In this document: in pieces, positions 37,597 through 46,830 of the stretch | Layout of the letters: each line of letters opens with the position of its first letter | How positions within the stretch are numbered: the stretch's first letter is position 1 | NCBI GenBank assembly: GCA_964486845.1 | Contig: CAZAQY010000007.1 | Location: 1,688-65,687 of the forward strand | Source: an uncultured Pirellulaceae bacterium | GTDB taxonomy: Bacteria > Planctomycetota > Planctomycetia > Pirellulales > Pirellulaceae | DNA: 64,000 bases | Direction: 5' to 3' | Position numbers and translations under genes: made by a program | The notes under the pieces: model-generated | The model's input: the letters and a program-made list of their open reading frames with translations, nothing else | Database searches by the model: none | What the model was told of the DNA's origin: nothing

Positions 37597-38063
37597 TTAA
37601 CACGTAACCCATTGAAAATGTCGGATTTTGTCGTTTTTAACGCGTTTTCTAGCGACAACGATCGTGACAAACCAGGAACCACAGCTAAACCGCTCGACGA
37701 AAGTCCCCCCAACGCACCCGCCTTTGACGCAGATCCGGCATGGTCGGTTCCCAGCAGCCCATCGAGTCGGGATCGCGGAGACCGACTGCAGGTCGAGAAG
37801 TGCCTGCTCTCCCCTTGCCCTGACCAACTGGCCATCTCGCCTGTGATTTGGGGCAACATCGGGATTCGCTTGAATGCGCCGTTTTCGACTGGACGCTCTA
37901 AAGACAAGCGTGTATCCAGGATACCACAACATCAGACATGCTCACCTTCTTGTTCTAAGCAAGACCTTTCCGCCGACACCATGCGGATACGCATAAAAGC
38001 CCCTTGCTGTGTCTCCCGGACCACCGGACACGCGCCGCGCTCGATGGCCACGGACCACTTCCT

Positions 38064-40319
38064 TCACCTCGCCCCCGCTGGGAGGTTCTCTGTCAAGTAT
38101 CGCGTTAATAGTTCGCGGAGATGACGCGTTGTGCCGGCACCTTCGCCGATCGAATGCGCGCGATTGGGGTAGGCCATCATGGTGAAAGGTTTGTTCAGAC
38201 GCACCAATTCGTTGATCAGCGACTCGGTGCCTTGGTAGTGGCAGTTGTCGTCGCCGGTGCCGTGAACGAGCAGCAGGTTGCCCTGCAACTGGTGAGCGAA
38301 GTTGAGTGCGGACCCCTGCAAGTAAGCGTCGGGATTGTCGCCGGGCAGCCCCATATAGCGTTCCTCGTAAATCGTGTCGTAGAAACGTCGATTGGGCACC
38401 GGCGCGACGGCCATCGCGGTGTTGTACAAGTGCGGATACTTGAAGATCGCGTGCAGACTCGTCGATCCGCCACCGCTCCAGCCCCAAATACCCACGCGTT
38501 GCGGGTCGAGGTAGGAATGCGCCGCCAACATTTTTTCCAGGGCGGAGGCTTGGTCCGCTGGTCCCAGGATACCCAACTTCCGGTACATCGCCTTTCGCCA
38601 CGTTCGACCGCGAGGCGCCGGCGTCCCTCGGTTGTCAAAGCTCATCACCACGTAGCCGCGCTGCGTCAACATCAGATGCCACAGATAGTTGCGGCCTCCC
38701 CAGCGATCCACGACGGTTTGTCCGGCCGGTTCCCCGTACGCGTACACCAGCAACGGATACCTTTTGGTGGCGTCAAAATCCGGCGGTTTCAAGCACCAGC
38801 CGTCCAGCGATACATCATCGCCAATATCGACACGAAAGAATTCAGTGGGTGTTTTTTGCAGCTCGCCGAACCGCTTGCGCAACTCAGCGTTCTCAGCCAA
38901 CACCCGTTTCGTGGAATGTTGCGGCAGGTCGACCAACTCGACGACCGGCGGCGAGTCGGCGGCGGAACCCGAATGGATCGCGTAGCGTCCGTTAGGCGAG
39001 ATTTGATAAGCGTGCCAGCCCTTCTGGGCGGCGGGCGTAATCCGTTCGAGTTTGGTTCCGTCCCAGCCAATTCGATAGAGGTAACGCTGCGTGGGATTGT
39101 CCGGTGAAGCCAGGAAATAGAGACAATTCTGCTCTTCATCGACGTGCAGCAACTCGGTCACGTCGAACTCGCCGGGCGTCGCGAGTTTGAAGTCCTGCCC
39201 TCCGCAAGACGCCAAATAGACGTGCCGCCAGCCGTCGCGGTCGCTGATCCACGTGAAACGCTGACCGTCGGCCAGCCATTTCCACTCGTCATCCACGTCA
39301 ACCCAGGCCTCATCCCGTTCTGTCAAAATGGTCGTCACTTGCCCCGTGCTTGCGTCCGCCAACAGGACGAGATTCGTGTTCTGGCGGCGATTCAGTTGCT
39401 GCAGCACAAGGCCCTGGGAATCCGGCGTCCAGGAGAGTCGAGCGAGATAGTGCTGGCGCGGATCGCCGGGCACGTTCAGCCAGCGCGTTTCGCCGCCTGT
39501 CGCGCCGACCACACCCACGCGGCAAGCCGAGTTCTGCTGTCCGACTTTGGGGTAAGCGAAAGTGGTCAAGCGGGGATACAGCGCGTCGGTGTTGTTGATC
39601 AGCATGAATTCCGGGACGCCGCTGGTGTCGAGTTGCCAGTAGGCGATCCGGGTTCCGTCGGGGCTCCACGCGAAGCCGTCCCGCAAGTTCAATTCCTCCT
39701 CGTACACCCAATCGAACGTGCCGTTGATCAGGTGGCGACTGCCCGTGGTGGTGAGGGCCGTGATCTGCCGAGTCACGAGGTCTTCGACGTACAGGTTGTT
39801 CTCACGCACATAGGCGACGTGGCGGGCGGTAGGCGAGAGCTTGGCGAACATCAGCGTCGCCGGCTTGGCGTCCCCGCCCAACTTTCGCAGTTCATGGCTG
39901 GATCGATCCAACAGCCAATAATCGCCACGCGTATTCGTTCGCCAGACGCGTTTCGAGTTGGTGAAGATCAGCGTCAAACTGTCGTCGTCCGAGAACGCGT
40001 AGTCCTCGATAGCCAGTGGGACGGACTCGCCCGGCGGCACGAGTCGCGTGGCCGAAACCAGCACCTTGTCCTGGCCGGACTGCACGTCGTGAAGCACGAT
40101 GTCCCGCCCACCCGCCCCGCCGGTGGATGATTCCAAGGTCAGGTATCCAGAGCCGTCCTTTGCCCACCGCGCCGCGAATGACTCGCCGGCGAAATCGCGC
40201 GAATCGAAGACCCTCGCGACCGTCAGCAGCGAGCGGTCCTGCTGTTCGCCCGCCCGCGCGTCCCCTACCAGGACGATCGCGACGACAACACCAAACCAGC
40301 GTACTGCCAGACAATGCAT
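38064..40319 (-). CDS. S9B family dipeptidyl-peptidase IV-like serine peptidase, secreted
   Basis: Signal MHCLAVRWFGVVVAIVLVGDARA. DPP-IV N-terminal propeller motifs (INGTFDWVYEEE). Catalytic GIWGWSGGGSTS, then HGTGDDNCHYQ. Confidence 0.92.
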   Translation of the reverse strand: MHCLAVRWFGVVVAIVLVGDARAGEQQDRSLLTVARVFDSRDFAGESFAARWAKDGSGYLTLESSTGGAGGRDIVLHDVQSGQDKVLVSATRLVPPGESVPLAIEDYAFSDDDSLTLIFTNSKRVWRTNTRGDYWLLDRSSHELRKLGGDAKPATLMFAKLSPTARHVAYVRENNLYVEDLVTRQITALTTTGSRHLINGTFDWVYEEELNLRDGFAWSPDGTRIAYWQLDTSGVPEFMLINNTDALYPRLTTFAYPKVGQQNSACRVGVVGATGGETRWLNVPGDPRQHYLARLSWTPDSQGLVLQQLNRRQNTNLVLLADASTGQVTTILTERDEAWVDVDDEWKWLADGQRFTWISDRDGWRHVYLASCGGQDFKLATPGEFDVTELLHVDEEQNCLYFLASPDNPTQRYLYRIGWDGTKLERITPAAQKGWHAYQISPNGRYAIHSGSAADSPPVVELVDLPQHSTKRVLAENAELRKRFGELQKTPTEFFRVDIGDDVSLDGWCLKPPDFDATKRYPLLVYAYGEPAGQTVVDRWGGRNYLWHLMLTQRGYVVMSFDNRGTPAPRGRTWRKAMYRKLGILGPADQASALEKMLAAHSYLDPQRVGIWGWSGGGSTSLHAIFKYPHLYNTAMAVAPVPNRRFYDTIYEERYMGLPGDNPDAYLQGSALNFAHQLQGNLLLVHGTGDDNCHYQGTESLINELVRLNKPFTMMAYPNRAHSIGEGAGTTRHLRELLTRYLTENLPAGAR

Positions 40320-40457
40320 GTTTGCCCTCGTAGGACAGGCTTTCCGACCTGAAGCCCCAAAATGCCTCGTAAAACCGCTATCTCCCGTATCTGCTCAATG
40401 ATAGTCTGCGGTTTTTCGCGAACAACGCCGACGCTCTTCACGACGGCGTCCTGGCCC

Positions 40458-41117
40458 TCACTCGTCTTGATAAACCACTTGACCGTCGACCACCGTGAGC
40501 ACCACGCACGTGCTGTTGATCTCCACGGGGGCGACGGAAAAGATGTCTCGCGACAAGAGCACAGAATCGGCGAGCATGCCGGGGATGGCGTGGATCATCA
40601 CTTGCAACCCGGCGCGGTCCGCGCGGCGGACCCGTTCCAGCATGGCACCCTCGGGTAACATCTCGTCGCTGGGCAAGCCGCAGGAGCCCGGCGAGTCCAG
40701 GTACGGATCGAAAAACCAGGCCGTCGTCGAGCCCAGGCTGCCGTCGGTAAAGCCCTTCAGGCCGCCGCGCCGCCGCCAAGCGTCGCCCGTGCCGGCTTTC
40801 AGGCCCGCTTCAACGGGGCCTCGCCAGTGCGGCAACGGCGACATCGCGTAGATCCGCGTTTTGAGTTCGCCGCACTGTCGCAATGCTTCGCAAACGGTGA
40901 TCGCAGCCCTCTCGCTCCGCGAAAGGGACCTTTCTGTCCCCAAGCCATCGCAGCAACCCCGCAACAGCCGTCCGGCCATCTGCACATCGTTGTGCCCTTG
41001 ACGAACCGGCAACAAAATGGGAGCAAGAACATGAGAATTTCTCCAGCAGATTTTTCTCCCCCCATTTTCCTGCCAGTTCCGTCTTTGTCGAGCGTCAGAC
41101 CCAAAAAACTGACGCAA
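40458..41117 (-). pseudogene. Remnant of an amidohydrolase-3 (YtcJ-like) gene, truncated at the N-terminus and internally deleted
   Basis: GGLKGFTDGSLGSTTAWFFDPYLDSPGSCGL...AGLQVMIHAIPG (central barrel, HAIGD-like) is joined directly to ADSVLLSRDIFSVAPVEI...VVDGQVVYQDE (extreme C-terminus). That gives about 150 homologous aa versus about 550 expected. Confidence 0.55.
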
Positions 41118-41197
41118 CCCGTGGCGGCAGCCCTTCTGGAGCCCTTATAATCTGGGACCAACCTGAAGGCCCCGGCCTGAAACGAAGGGAGACTCCC

Positions 41198-42640
41198 ATG
41201 AGACGAGGGACGACGATGGTAATGCTCAGCCTTCTCGTGTTCGCCCTCTGCACCACCGCTTGGCCGCAAATGCTCGACCGCACGGATTCTCGTGTGCAAA
41301 CGACGCTGAAGACCGGCTGGAGATGCCTGGGGACCATTCAGCCCCGCAGCGTCAGCGAAATCGACGCCGGGCAGAATTGGGCCTTGGGCTGCGAAACGCT
41401 GTGCCGCGACTACATCTACTGGGACACGTACAAGGACTACGTTGCTCCGCTGGGAATCAAAACGATCCGGCTGCAGGGCGGGTGGGCCAAAACAGAGAAG
41501 GTCCAAGGCGTTTACGATTTCGCGTGGCTGGATTATGTCATCGACGACGCCCTCTCAAAGGAGCTGGAAATTTGGCTGGAAACCGACTACGGCAACCCCA
41601 TCTACGAAGGCGCGGGGACGGCGGACCTGGGCGCCGGTTTTCCGACGTCCGAGGTCGGCCTGGCGGCTTGGGACCGTTGGGTCGAAGCCGTGGCGACTCG
41701 ATACAAGGGCAAGGTCAACAAGTGGGCCATGTGGAACGAGCCGGATATCGGCGTCAAGAAAACGCCCGAGATGATCGCCAACTTCAACATCCGCACGGCG
41801 GAAATCATCAAGCGGATCATTCCGGATGCCCGGATCGGAGCCTTGTCACTGGCTCGTATCGATCCGAAATACCTGGACGCCTGCCTGAAAGTGATTGCGG
41901 ACCAAGGCAAGCTGAGCTTGTTCGAGTGGGTCATTTATCACGGTTACACGAAGAACCCGGACGACGCCTACAAGAACGTCGAGGCGATGAAAGAGGTCGT
42001 CCGCAAGTACGAGCCGCAGTTAAAAATGTGGCAGGGCGAGAACGGCTGTCCCTCGGAACGGGCGTCAAAGTTCGCCCTGTCCGGGCACGACTGGTCGGAA
42101 CTGACCCAAGCCAAATGGAACACCCGCCGGATGCTCGGAGACCTCGGCCACGATTGCATCTCGTCGGTCTTCACCATCTGCGATTTCGACCACACCGGGC
42201 GCGAAATCAACCGCAAAGGCCTGCTGAAGATCAACGACAAGCGAAGTTTGGCCAAAGTCAAGATAGCCTACTACGCCGTTCAGAACGTGGTCTCGGTGTT
42301 CGACAACAACCTGGTTCGCCAGCAGAACTACGCTTGTATGATCGAATGCGAACAGCCGATCACCTGGTTTGCGTATCGCCACGAAAAGGCGGGCAGCGAC
42401 GTGTTGGTCTTCTGGAACGGGACGACGTACCCGCTGGACACCAACGACACCTCGCCGGCCACGATTCGCGTGGAAGGCGGCAAGTTCGCCGACCCGGTGT
42501 GGGCGGACCTGATTACCGGCCGGATCTACGAAATCCCGGAGGAGTGCAAGAGTCTCGCCGAAGGAACGATGGTCCTCAACAACATCCCGACTTACGACGG
42601 GCCGGCGATCGTTGCGGATCGAAAGTTGGTTTTGAAGTGA
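41198..42640 (+). CDS. Secreted glycoside hydrolase, clan GH-A (beta/alpha)8 type (GH5/GH39-like)
   Basis: Signal MVMLSLLVFALCTTAWP. IRLQGGWAKTE, then WAMWNEPD (acid/base NEP motif) and MWQGENGCP (nucleophile Glu context). Confidence 0.65.
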   Translation: MRRGTTMVMLSLLVFALCTTAWPQMLDRTDSRVQTTLKTGWRCLGTIQPRSVSEIDAGQNWALGCETLCRDYIYWDTYKDYVAPLGIKTIRLQGGWAKTEKVQGVYDFAWLDYVIDDALSKELEIWLETDYGNPIYEGAGTADLGAGFPTSEVGLAAWDRWVEAVATRYKGKVNKWAMWNEPDIGVKKTPEMIANFNIRTAEIIKRIIPDARIGALSLARIDPKYLDACLKVIADQGKLSLFEWVIYHGYTKNPDDAYKNVEAMKEVVRKYEPQLKMWQGENGCPSERASKFALSGHDWSELTQAKWNTRRMLGDLGHDCISSVFTICDFDHTGREINRKGLLKINDKRSLAKVKIAYYAVQNVVSVFDNNLVRQQNYACMIECEQPITWFAYRHEKAGSDVLVFWNGTTYPLDTNDTSPATIRVEGGKFADPVWADLITGRIYEIPEECKSLAEGTMVLNNIPTYDGPAIVADRKLVLK

Positions 42641-42664
42641 TTTGGGTCTGCGAGGAGATACATC

Positions 42665-44680
42665 ATGGTTGCAAACTGCAAGGGTTCTCGTTTTTCGATC
42701 GCGATTCTGACGCTGGCCCTGTCTGCCGCCGCCAACGTCGCTTGGGCCGCGGCGCCCGATCCCCAGGCGATCGAGGAAGTACGGGCCGGCAAGCGGTCTG
42801 TGGCGCAGGCTTCCTGGTGGGGCTTCCAGCCCGAAGAGTCGACCGCCGCGCTGCAGGCGGCCATCGACTCGGGGGCCAAAAAAGTCGTGGTCGAGAAGAT
42901 GCCTTCGCCCTGGATCGTCGACACGCTGCGGTTGGCCGGCGACCAGGAGTTGTTCTTTGAACCAGGTGCCGAAGTCCTGGCTAAGAAGGGCGCCTTCCAC
43001 GGATCGGCAGATTCCCTGTTCAGCGCCGCCGGCAAGAAGAACGTCAAGCTCATCGGCCCCGGAGCCACGTTGCGCATGCGCCGCGCCGATTACGACGGGC
43101 CCGACTACAAACACGCCGAATGGCGCCACGTGTTGAAGTTCCACGGCTGTACGGGCATTACGGTCGAAGGCCTGACGCTGGCCGAAAGCGGCGGCGACGC
43201 GATCTACCTGGGCGCCGGTTCCGGCGGGGCGCCCTGCAAGGACGTGGTGATCCGCGACGTGATCTGCGACCGCAACTACCGGCAGGGGATCAGCGTGATC
43301 AGCGCGGAGAACCTGCTCATCGAACGGTGCGTACTGAAAGACACCGCCGGCACGCCGCCCGCGGCCGGGATCGACTTTGAACCCAACGCGGCCAACGAGC
43401 GACTGGTCAACTGCGTGATGCGCGACTGTACGATCGAGAACAACCAGGGCTATGCCTTGCACATCTACGCCCCCAATCTCGACGCCACGTCTCCGCCGCT
43501 GTCGATCCGCTTCGAGAACTGCGTCACGCGTGGCACCAACGCCCGCTCGGCCAGCATCGTCGTGTCCAGCGGACCGAAAGGGCCTTTGAAAGGTTTGATC
43601 GAGCTGATCAACTGTCGCTTCGAGGACACGGGCACAACCGCCATCACGATCAACTCGACCACGCCGCGCGGCGTCCGGGTGCGGATGGTCGATTGCACGC
43701 TGGCCGATCCGGCGGAGGAGTCGAAGGTCGCGGCGCCGATCACGCTGCAAACCCGGCCCGACAGCCTGGAACCGTTGGGCGGGATCGAGTTCGCTGGCGT
43801 GACCATCCGCGAGCGGATCGACCGGCCGCTGATCAAGTACAACGATCCGGCCGGCGTGGCGCTGGCCGACGTGACCGGCAGCATCACCGTGGAGCGCGGC
43901 GGACAGCGGCAGGAGTTTCGGCTGGACGAGCCGACACTGGCCAAGCTGATTCCTCTCGACCCCGCCACGCGCGTCCCCCGCTGGCCGTTGAACAAGACGC
44001 CGCTGGCGGTGTCTCAGCCTGGCACGTTCGCGGGCGGCAAGCTCCCGGCCCTGCGCGTGCGAGGCGACGCGTTGTTCCTCATCCCCGCGCGGCAGGGCGA
44101 GAACGTGTCCTTGCGTCTGGCCTCGCAAGCGGTCGGACGCGGCGGCGGCCAAGCGACTCCGGTCCGAATCGTCAGTCCGTCGGGCAAGCAGGTAAAGCGG
44201 CTGGCGGTCGAGTTTCTGCAGGAGGCCGAGGCCGAGTTCACCGCCGCCGAGACCGGCGTCTACCGCCTGGAATGCCAGGCCGGTTCGCACACGATCCGCG
44301 TGGCGTCCGGCAGTCACGCGCCGCTGGTTGCCAGCGACGCGGGGCCCATCCATCTGCTAAACACGGCCGGCGAGTTCTATTTCCTCGTCCCGGCGGGTGT
44401 GAAGGAGTTCGCGGTGCGATTCTGGGGCGAGGGCGACTTGGAACGCGTCAGCGCGGCCGTCTTCGATCCCTCGGGCACGCAGGTCTGGAAGCAGGACGAC
44501 ATCACCACGGCTCAGTCCTGCCAGATCCAGCGCAAGGACACGGCCCGCGACGAGGTGTGGAGGCTGAAGCTCAGCCGGTCCAAGATCGGCGTGCTCGAAG
44601 ACCACCATGTGGAGATGCGCGGGATTCCCACGATCCTCGGATTCCGACCGGAGGGGCTGTTGGCCCCGGCAGAGCGTTGA
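42665..44680 (+). CDS. Secreted right-handed parallel beta-helix repeat protein (pectate-lyase/GH28-like fold)
   Basis: Signal SIAILTLALSAAANVAWA. PbH1-like turns GGDAIYLGAG..., NYRQGISVISAENLLIERCVL, AAGIDFEPN and NNQGYALHIY. Confidence 0.7.
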   Translation: MVANCKGSRFSIAILTLALSAAANVAWAAAPDPQAIEEVRAGKRSVAQASWWGFQPEESTAALQAAIDSGAKKVVVEKMPSPWIVDTLRLAGDQELFFEPGAEVLAKKGAFHGSADSLFSAAGKKNVKLIGPGATLRMRRADYDGPDYKHAEWRHVLKFHGCTGITVEGLTLAESGGDAIYLGAGSGGAPCKDVVIRDVICDRNYRQGISVISAENLLIERCVLKDTAGTPPAAGIDFEPNAANERLVNCVMRDCTIENNQGYALHIYAPNLDATSPPLSIRFENCVTRGTNARSASIVVSSGPKGPLKGLIELINCRFEDTGTTAITINSTTPRGVRVRMVDCTLADPAEESKVAAPITLQTRPDSLEPLGGIEFAGVTIRERIDRPLIKYNDPAGVALADVTGSITVERGGQRQEFRLDEPTLAKLIPLDPATRVPRWPLNKTPLAVSQPGTFAGGKLPALRVRGDALFLIPARQGENVSLRLASQAVGRGGGQATPVRIVSPSGKQVKRLAVEFLQEAEAEFTAAETGVYRLECQAGSHTIRVASGSHAPLVASDAGPIHLLNTAGEFYFLVPAGVKEFAVRFWGEGDLERVSAAVFDPSGTQVWKQDDITTAQSCQIQRKDTARDEVWRLKLSRSKIGVLEDHHVEMRGIPTILGFRPEGLLAPAER

Positions 44681-44725
44681 GACAGTGCAGATCGAGTTGC
44701 CTATTTGACCTCCAGGAGATGAAGT

Positions 44726-45625
44726 ATGTCCGACCGGCAAGTATTGATTTCGCGGCGTGCTTTCCTCGTGCAAGGCGGCGGTGTGATGGCCGCCGCCGTG
44801 GCGGCATCCCACGGCGTGTCGCAGGCGGCCGACGGCAGGCCGGCGAACATGCATTTTGGGTTTACGAGCTACCAGTGGGGCCAGGACTGGGACGTCCCCA
44901 CGACGATTGCCAATTGCACCAAGGCCGGAGTCTTTGGCGTCGAACTGCGCACGAGCCTAGGATACGCCCACGGAGTCGAATTGGAACTCGACGCCCAGCG
45001 CCGCCACGAGGTTCGCAAGCGGTTCCAGGACAGCCCCGTGACGCTGGTCGGCTTGGCCACCAGCGAACGGTTCGATTGGCCCGAGTCCGAGAAAGTCAAG
45101 GCCGCGATCGAGCAAAGCAAGGCGTTCGCGAAACTGAGCCACGACCTGGGCTCCAGCGGCATCCGCGTGTTCCCCAACAACTACCACAAGGACATCCCCG
45201 CCGAGCAGACGATCGCCCAGATCGCCCGAGCGGTGAGCGAAGTGGGCGCATTCGCCGCCGACTACGGCCAGCAGGTCCGCTTGGAGGCCCACGGGCCGGC
45301 GGGCGATCTGCCCTCGATTCGGGCCATCATGGATCAGGTCACGCAGCCCAACGTCCGCGTCAAGCTCAACAGCGAGAAACGCAACACCGAGGGGCAGGGG
45401 TTCGAGCACCAGTTCAACCTGGTCAAGGACTTGCTGGGCGGCACCTTGCACTTGCACGAACTCGACAAGCCGGACTTTCCCTACCAGTTGCAGGTCAACC
45501 TGCTGCGCAAGATCGGCTGGAACGGCTGGGCCCTACTGGAGGCCTCGGCCAAGGTGCCCGACCGAGTCCAGGCTCTAATCCAGCAGCGCGAACTGTGGGA
45601 TGGCCTGATGGCCAGGGCATCGTGA
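44726..45625 (+). CDS. Sugar phosphate isomerase/epimerase (xylose-isomerase-like TIM barrel) with a Tat signal
   Basis: Twin-arginine motif ISRRAFLVQGG...SHGVSQA. GVFGVELR, IRVFPN, RLEAHG and LHLHE metal-ligand contexts. Confidence 0.8.
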   Translation: MSDRQVLISRRAFLVQGGGVMAAAVAASHGVSQAADGRPANMHFGFTSYQWGQDWDVPTTIANCTKAGVFGVELRTSLGYAHGVELELDAQRRHEVRKRFQDSPVTLVGLATSERFDWPESEKVKAAIEQSKAFAKLSHDLGSSGIRVFPNNYHKDIPAEQTIAQIARAVSEVGAFAADYGQQVRLEAHGPAGDLPSIRAIMDQVTQPNVRVKLNSEKRNTEGQGFEHQFNLVKDLLGGTLHLHELDKPDFPYQLQVNLLRKIGWNGWALLEASAKVPDRVQALIQQRELWDGLMARAS

Positions 45626-45765
45626 CGCGGACCCGTGCCCTCAGTGCGGTGGTTTTCTGCCGGCCGAGTGATTCTGACACCCTTGCACAAGGCCGGCCGG
45701 CGAGAAATAATGATGCCTCGTGATTGTCCCGAAGGCCGCGCTGCAACTTTATCGAGTCTCCTGCC

Positions 45766-46830
45766 ATGCGTTTCCGATTCCTCGACCGAATCACACAATT
45801 AGAACCCGGCAAACAAATCGAGGCGGTCAAGCACCTCTTCGCCACGGAGGGCTACCTCGAGGACCATTTCCCGCGGTTTCCGATCATGCCCGGCGTGTTG
45901 ATGCTGGAAGCCATGTACCAAGCCGGTCTGTGGCTAGTTCGCAGGACAGAAGATTTTGCCCATTCGATCGTGGAACTGAAGGAGGCGCGGAACGTCAAGT
46001 TCAGCGGGTTCGTCAAGCCGGGGCAAGACCTGGTGGTGACGGCCGAGATCAAGAAGCAGGACGGCGACTTTACGACGCTGATGACTCAGGGGACCGTCGA
46101 CGGCAAAGTCGTGGCCAGCGCCAGGCTGGTTGTCGAGGCATTTCAGCTGCCGGATCGGTATCCGCAATTTGCAGCCAGCAACAATTATCTGATGAGGAAG
46201 GTGCGGCGGCAATTTGGACGCGTGATGTCGGGCGTTCCCGACCCTCCACCTAACGCGGGGTTTTCGTCGCGTTGGCTATGGATCGATCGTTTCGTCGAAT
46301 TTGTTCGCGGGAATCGAGCCGTGGCCATCAAGAATGTGAGTCTGACGGAAGATCCCATCAGTGAGTATTTGCCCGGCATGTCCGTGCTGCCTTGCTCGTT
46401 GGTGGTCGAAGGGCTCGCCTGGACCGGTGGGATCCTGGCAAACGACCAGTGTGGTTTCCGGGAACGGACGGTCTTGGCGAAGGTCAAGAAGGCCGTGTTT
46501 CACCGCCCACCGCTGGCGGGCGACCAAGTCAGATACACCGCGGTGATCGAAGGGCTCGAACCCGAAGGTGCGTTCATTCGCGGTACCAGCCATATCGGTG
46601 ATGAACTCCAGGCCGAAGTGGACATCTTTCTTGCGCACTTGGGAGACCGCTTCGAGGAAGTCGAAGGCGATCTGATCGATCCTGCCGACATGCTGGCGAC
46701 GCTCCGGCTGTGGGGCATGTACGAGGTGGGGCGCACCGCTTCCGGGGACTGCCTCGACGTCGCGGAAAAGCTGTTGGAAGGCGAGCGCCAGGCCCAGGCA
46801 GAAGAAGGGGAAGCCGGCCCACTCACTTGA
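45766..46830 (+). CDS. Fused double-hotdog protein (FabZ-like half plus His-less hotdog half)
   Basis: The N-half MRFRFLDRI...LEDHFPRFPIMPGVLMLEAMYQAG is paralogous to 9479-9985. The C-half RWLWIDRFVEFVRGNRAVAIKNVS...SEYLPGMSVLPCSLVVEGLAWTGG is paralogous to 8342-8899. I judge both at roughly half identical by eye. Confidence 0.8.
   Translation: MRFRFLDRITQLEPGKQIEAVKHLFATEGYLEDHFPRFPIMPGVLMLEAMYQAGLWLVRRTEDFAHSIVELKEARNVKFSGFVKPGQDLVVTAEIKKQDGDFTTLMTQGTVDGKVVASARLVVEAFQLPDRYPQFAASNNYLMRKVRRQFGRVMSGVPDPPPNAGFSSRWLWIDRFVEFVRGNRAVAIKNVSLTEDPISEYLPGMSVLPCSLVVEGLAWTGGILANDQCGFRERTVLAKVKKAVFHRPPLAGDQVRYTAVIEGLEPEGAFIRGTSHIGDELQAEVDIFLAHLGDRFEEVEGDLIDPADMLATLRLWGMYEVGRTASGDCLDVAEKLLEGERQAQAEEGEAGPLT

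Noticed and set aside
37495-37660. AT-rich island as oriC, considered because parABS is nearby
   Set aside because: No cluster of DnaA boxes (TTATCCACA-like) was seen. The island is only ~170 bp and is better explained as the giant-gene promoter region.
37593-38124. ORFs in the gap upstream of the giant gene (37612-38124 +, 37597-37932 -, 37593-37907 -)
   Set aside because: Odd Ser/Arg/Pro/Cys-rich composition, no motifs and mutually overlapping. Treated as non-coding.
42065-44353. 762-aa minus-strand ORF overlapping the GH-A and beta-helix genes, and the 566-aa plus-strand alternative frame at 41260-42960
   Set aside because: Low-complexity Arg/Gly/Ala/Pro composition. The annotated plus-frame proteins have signal peptides and clear family motifs.
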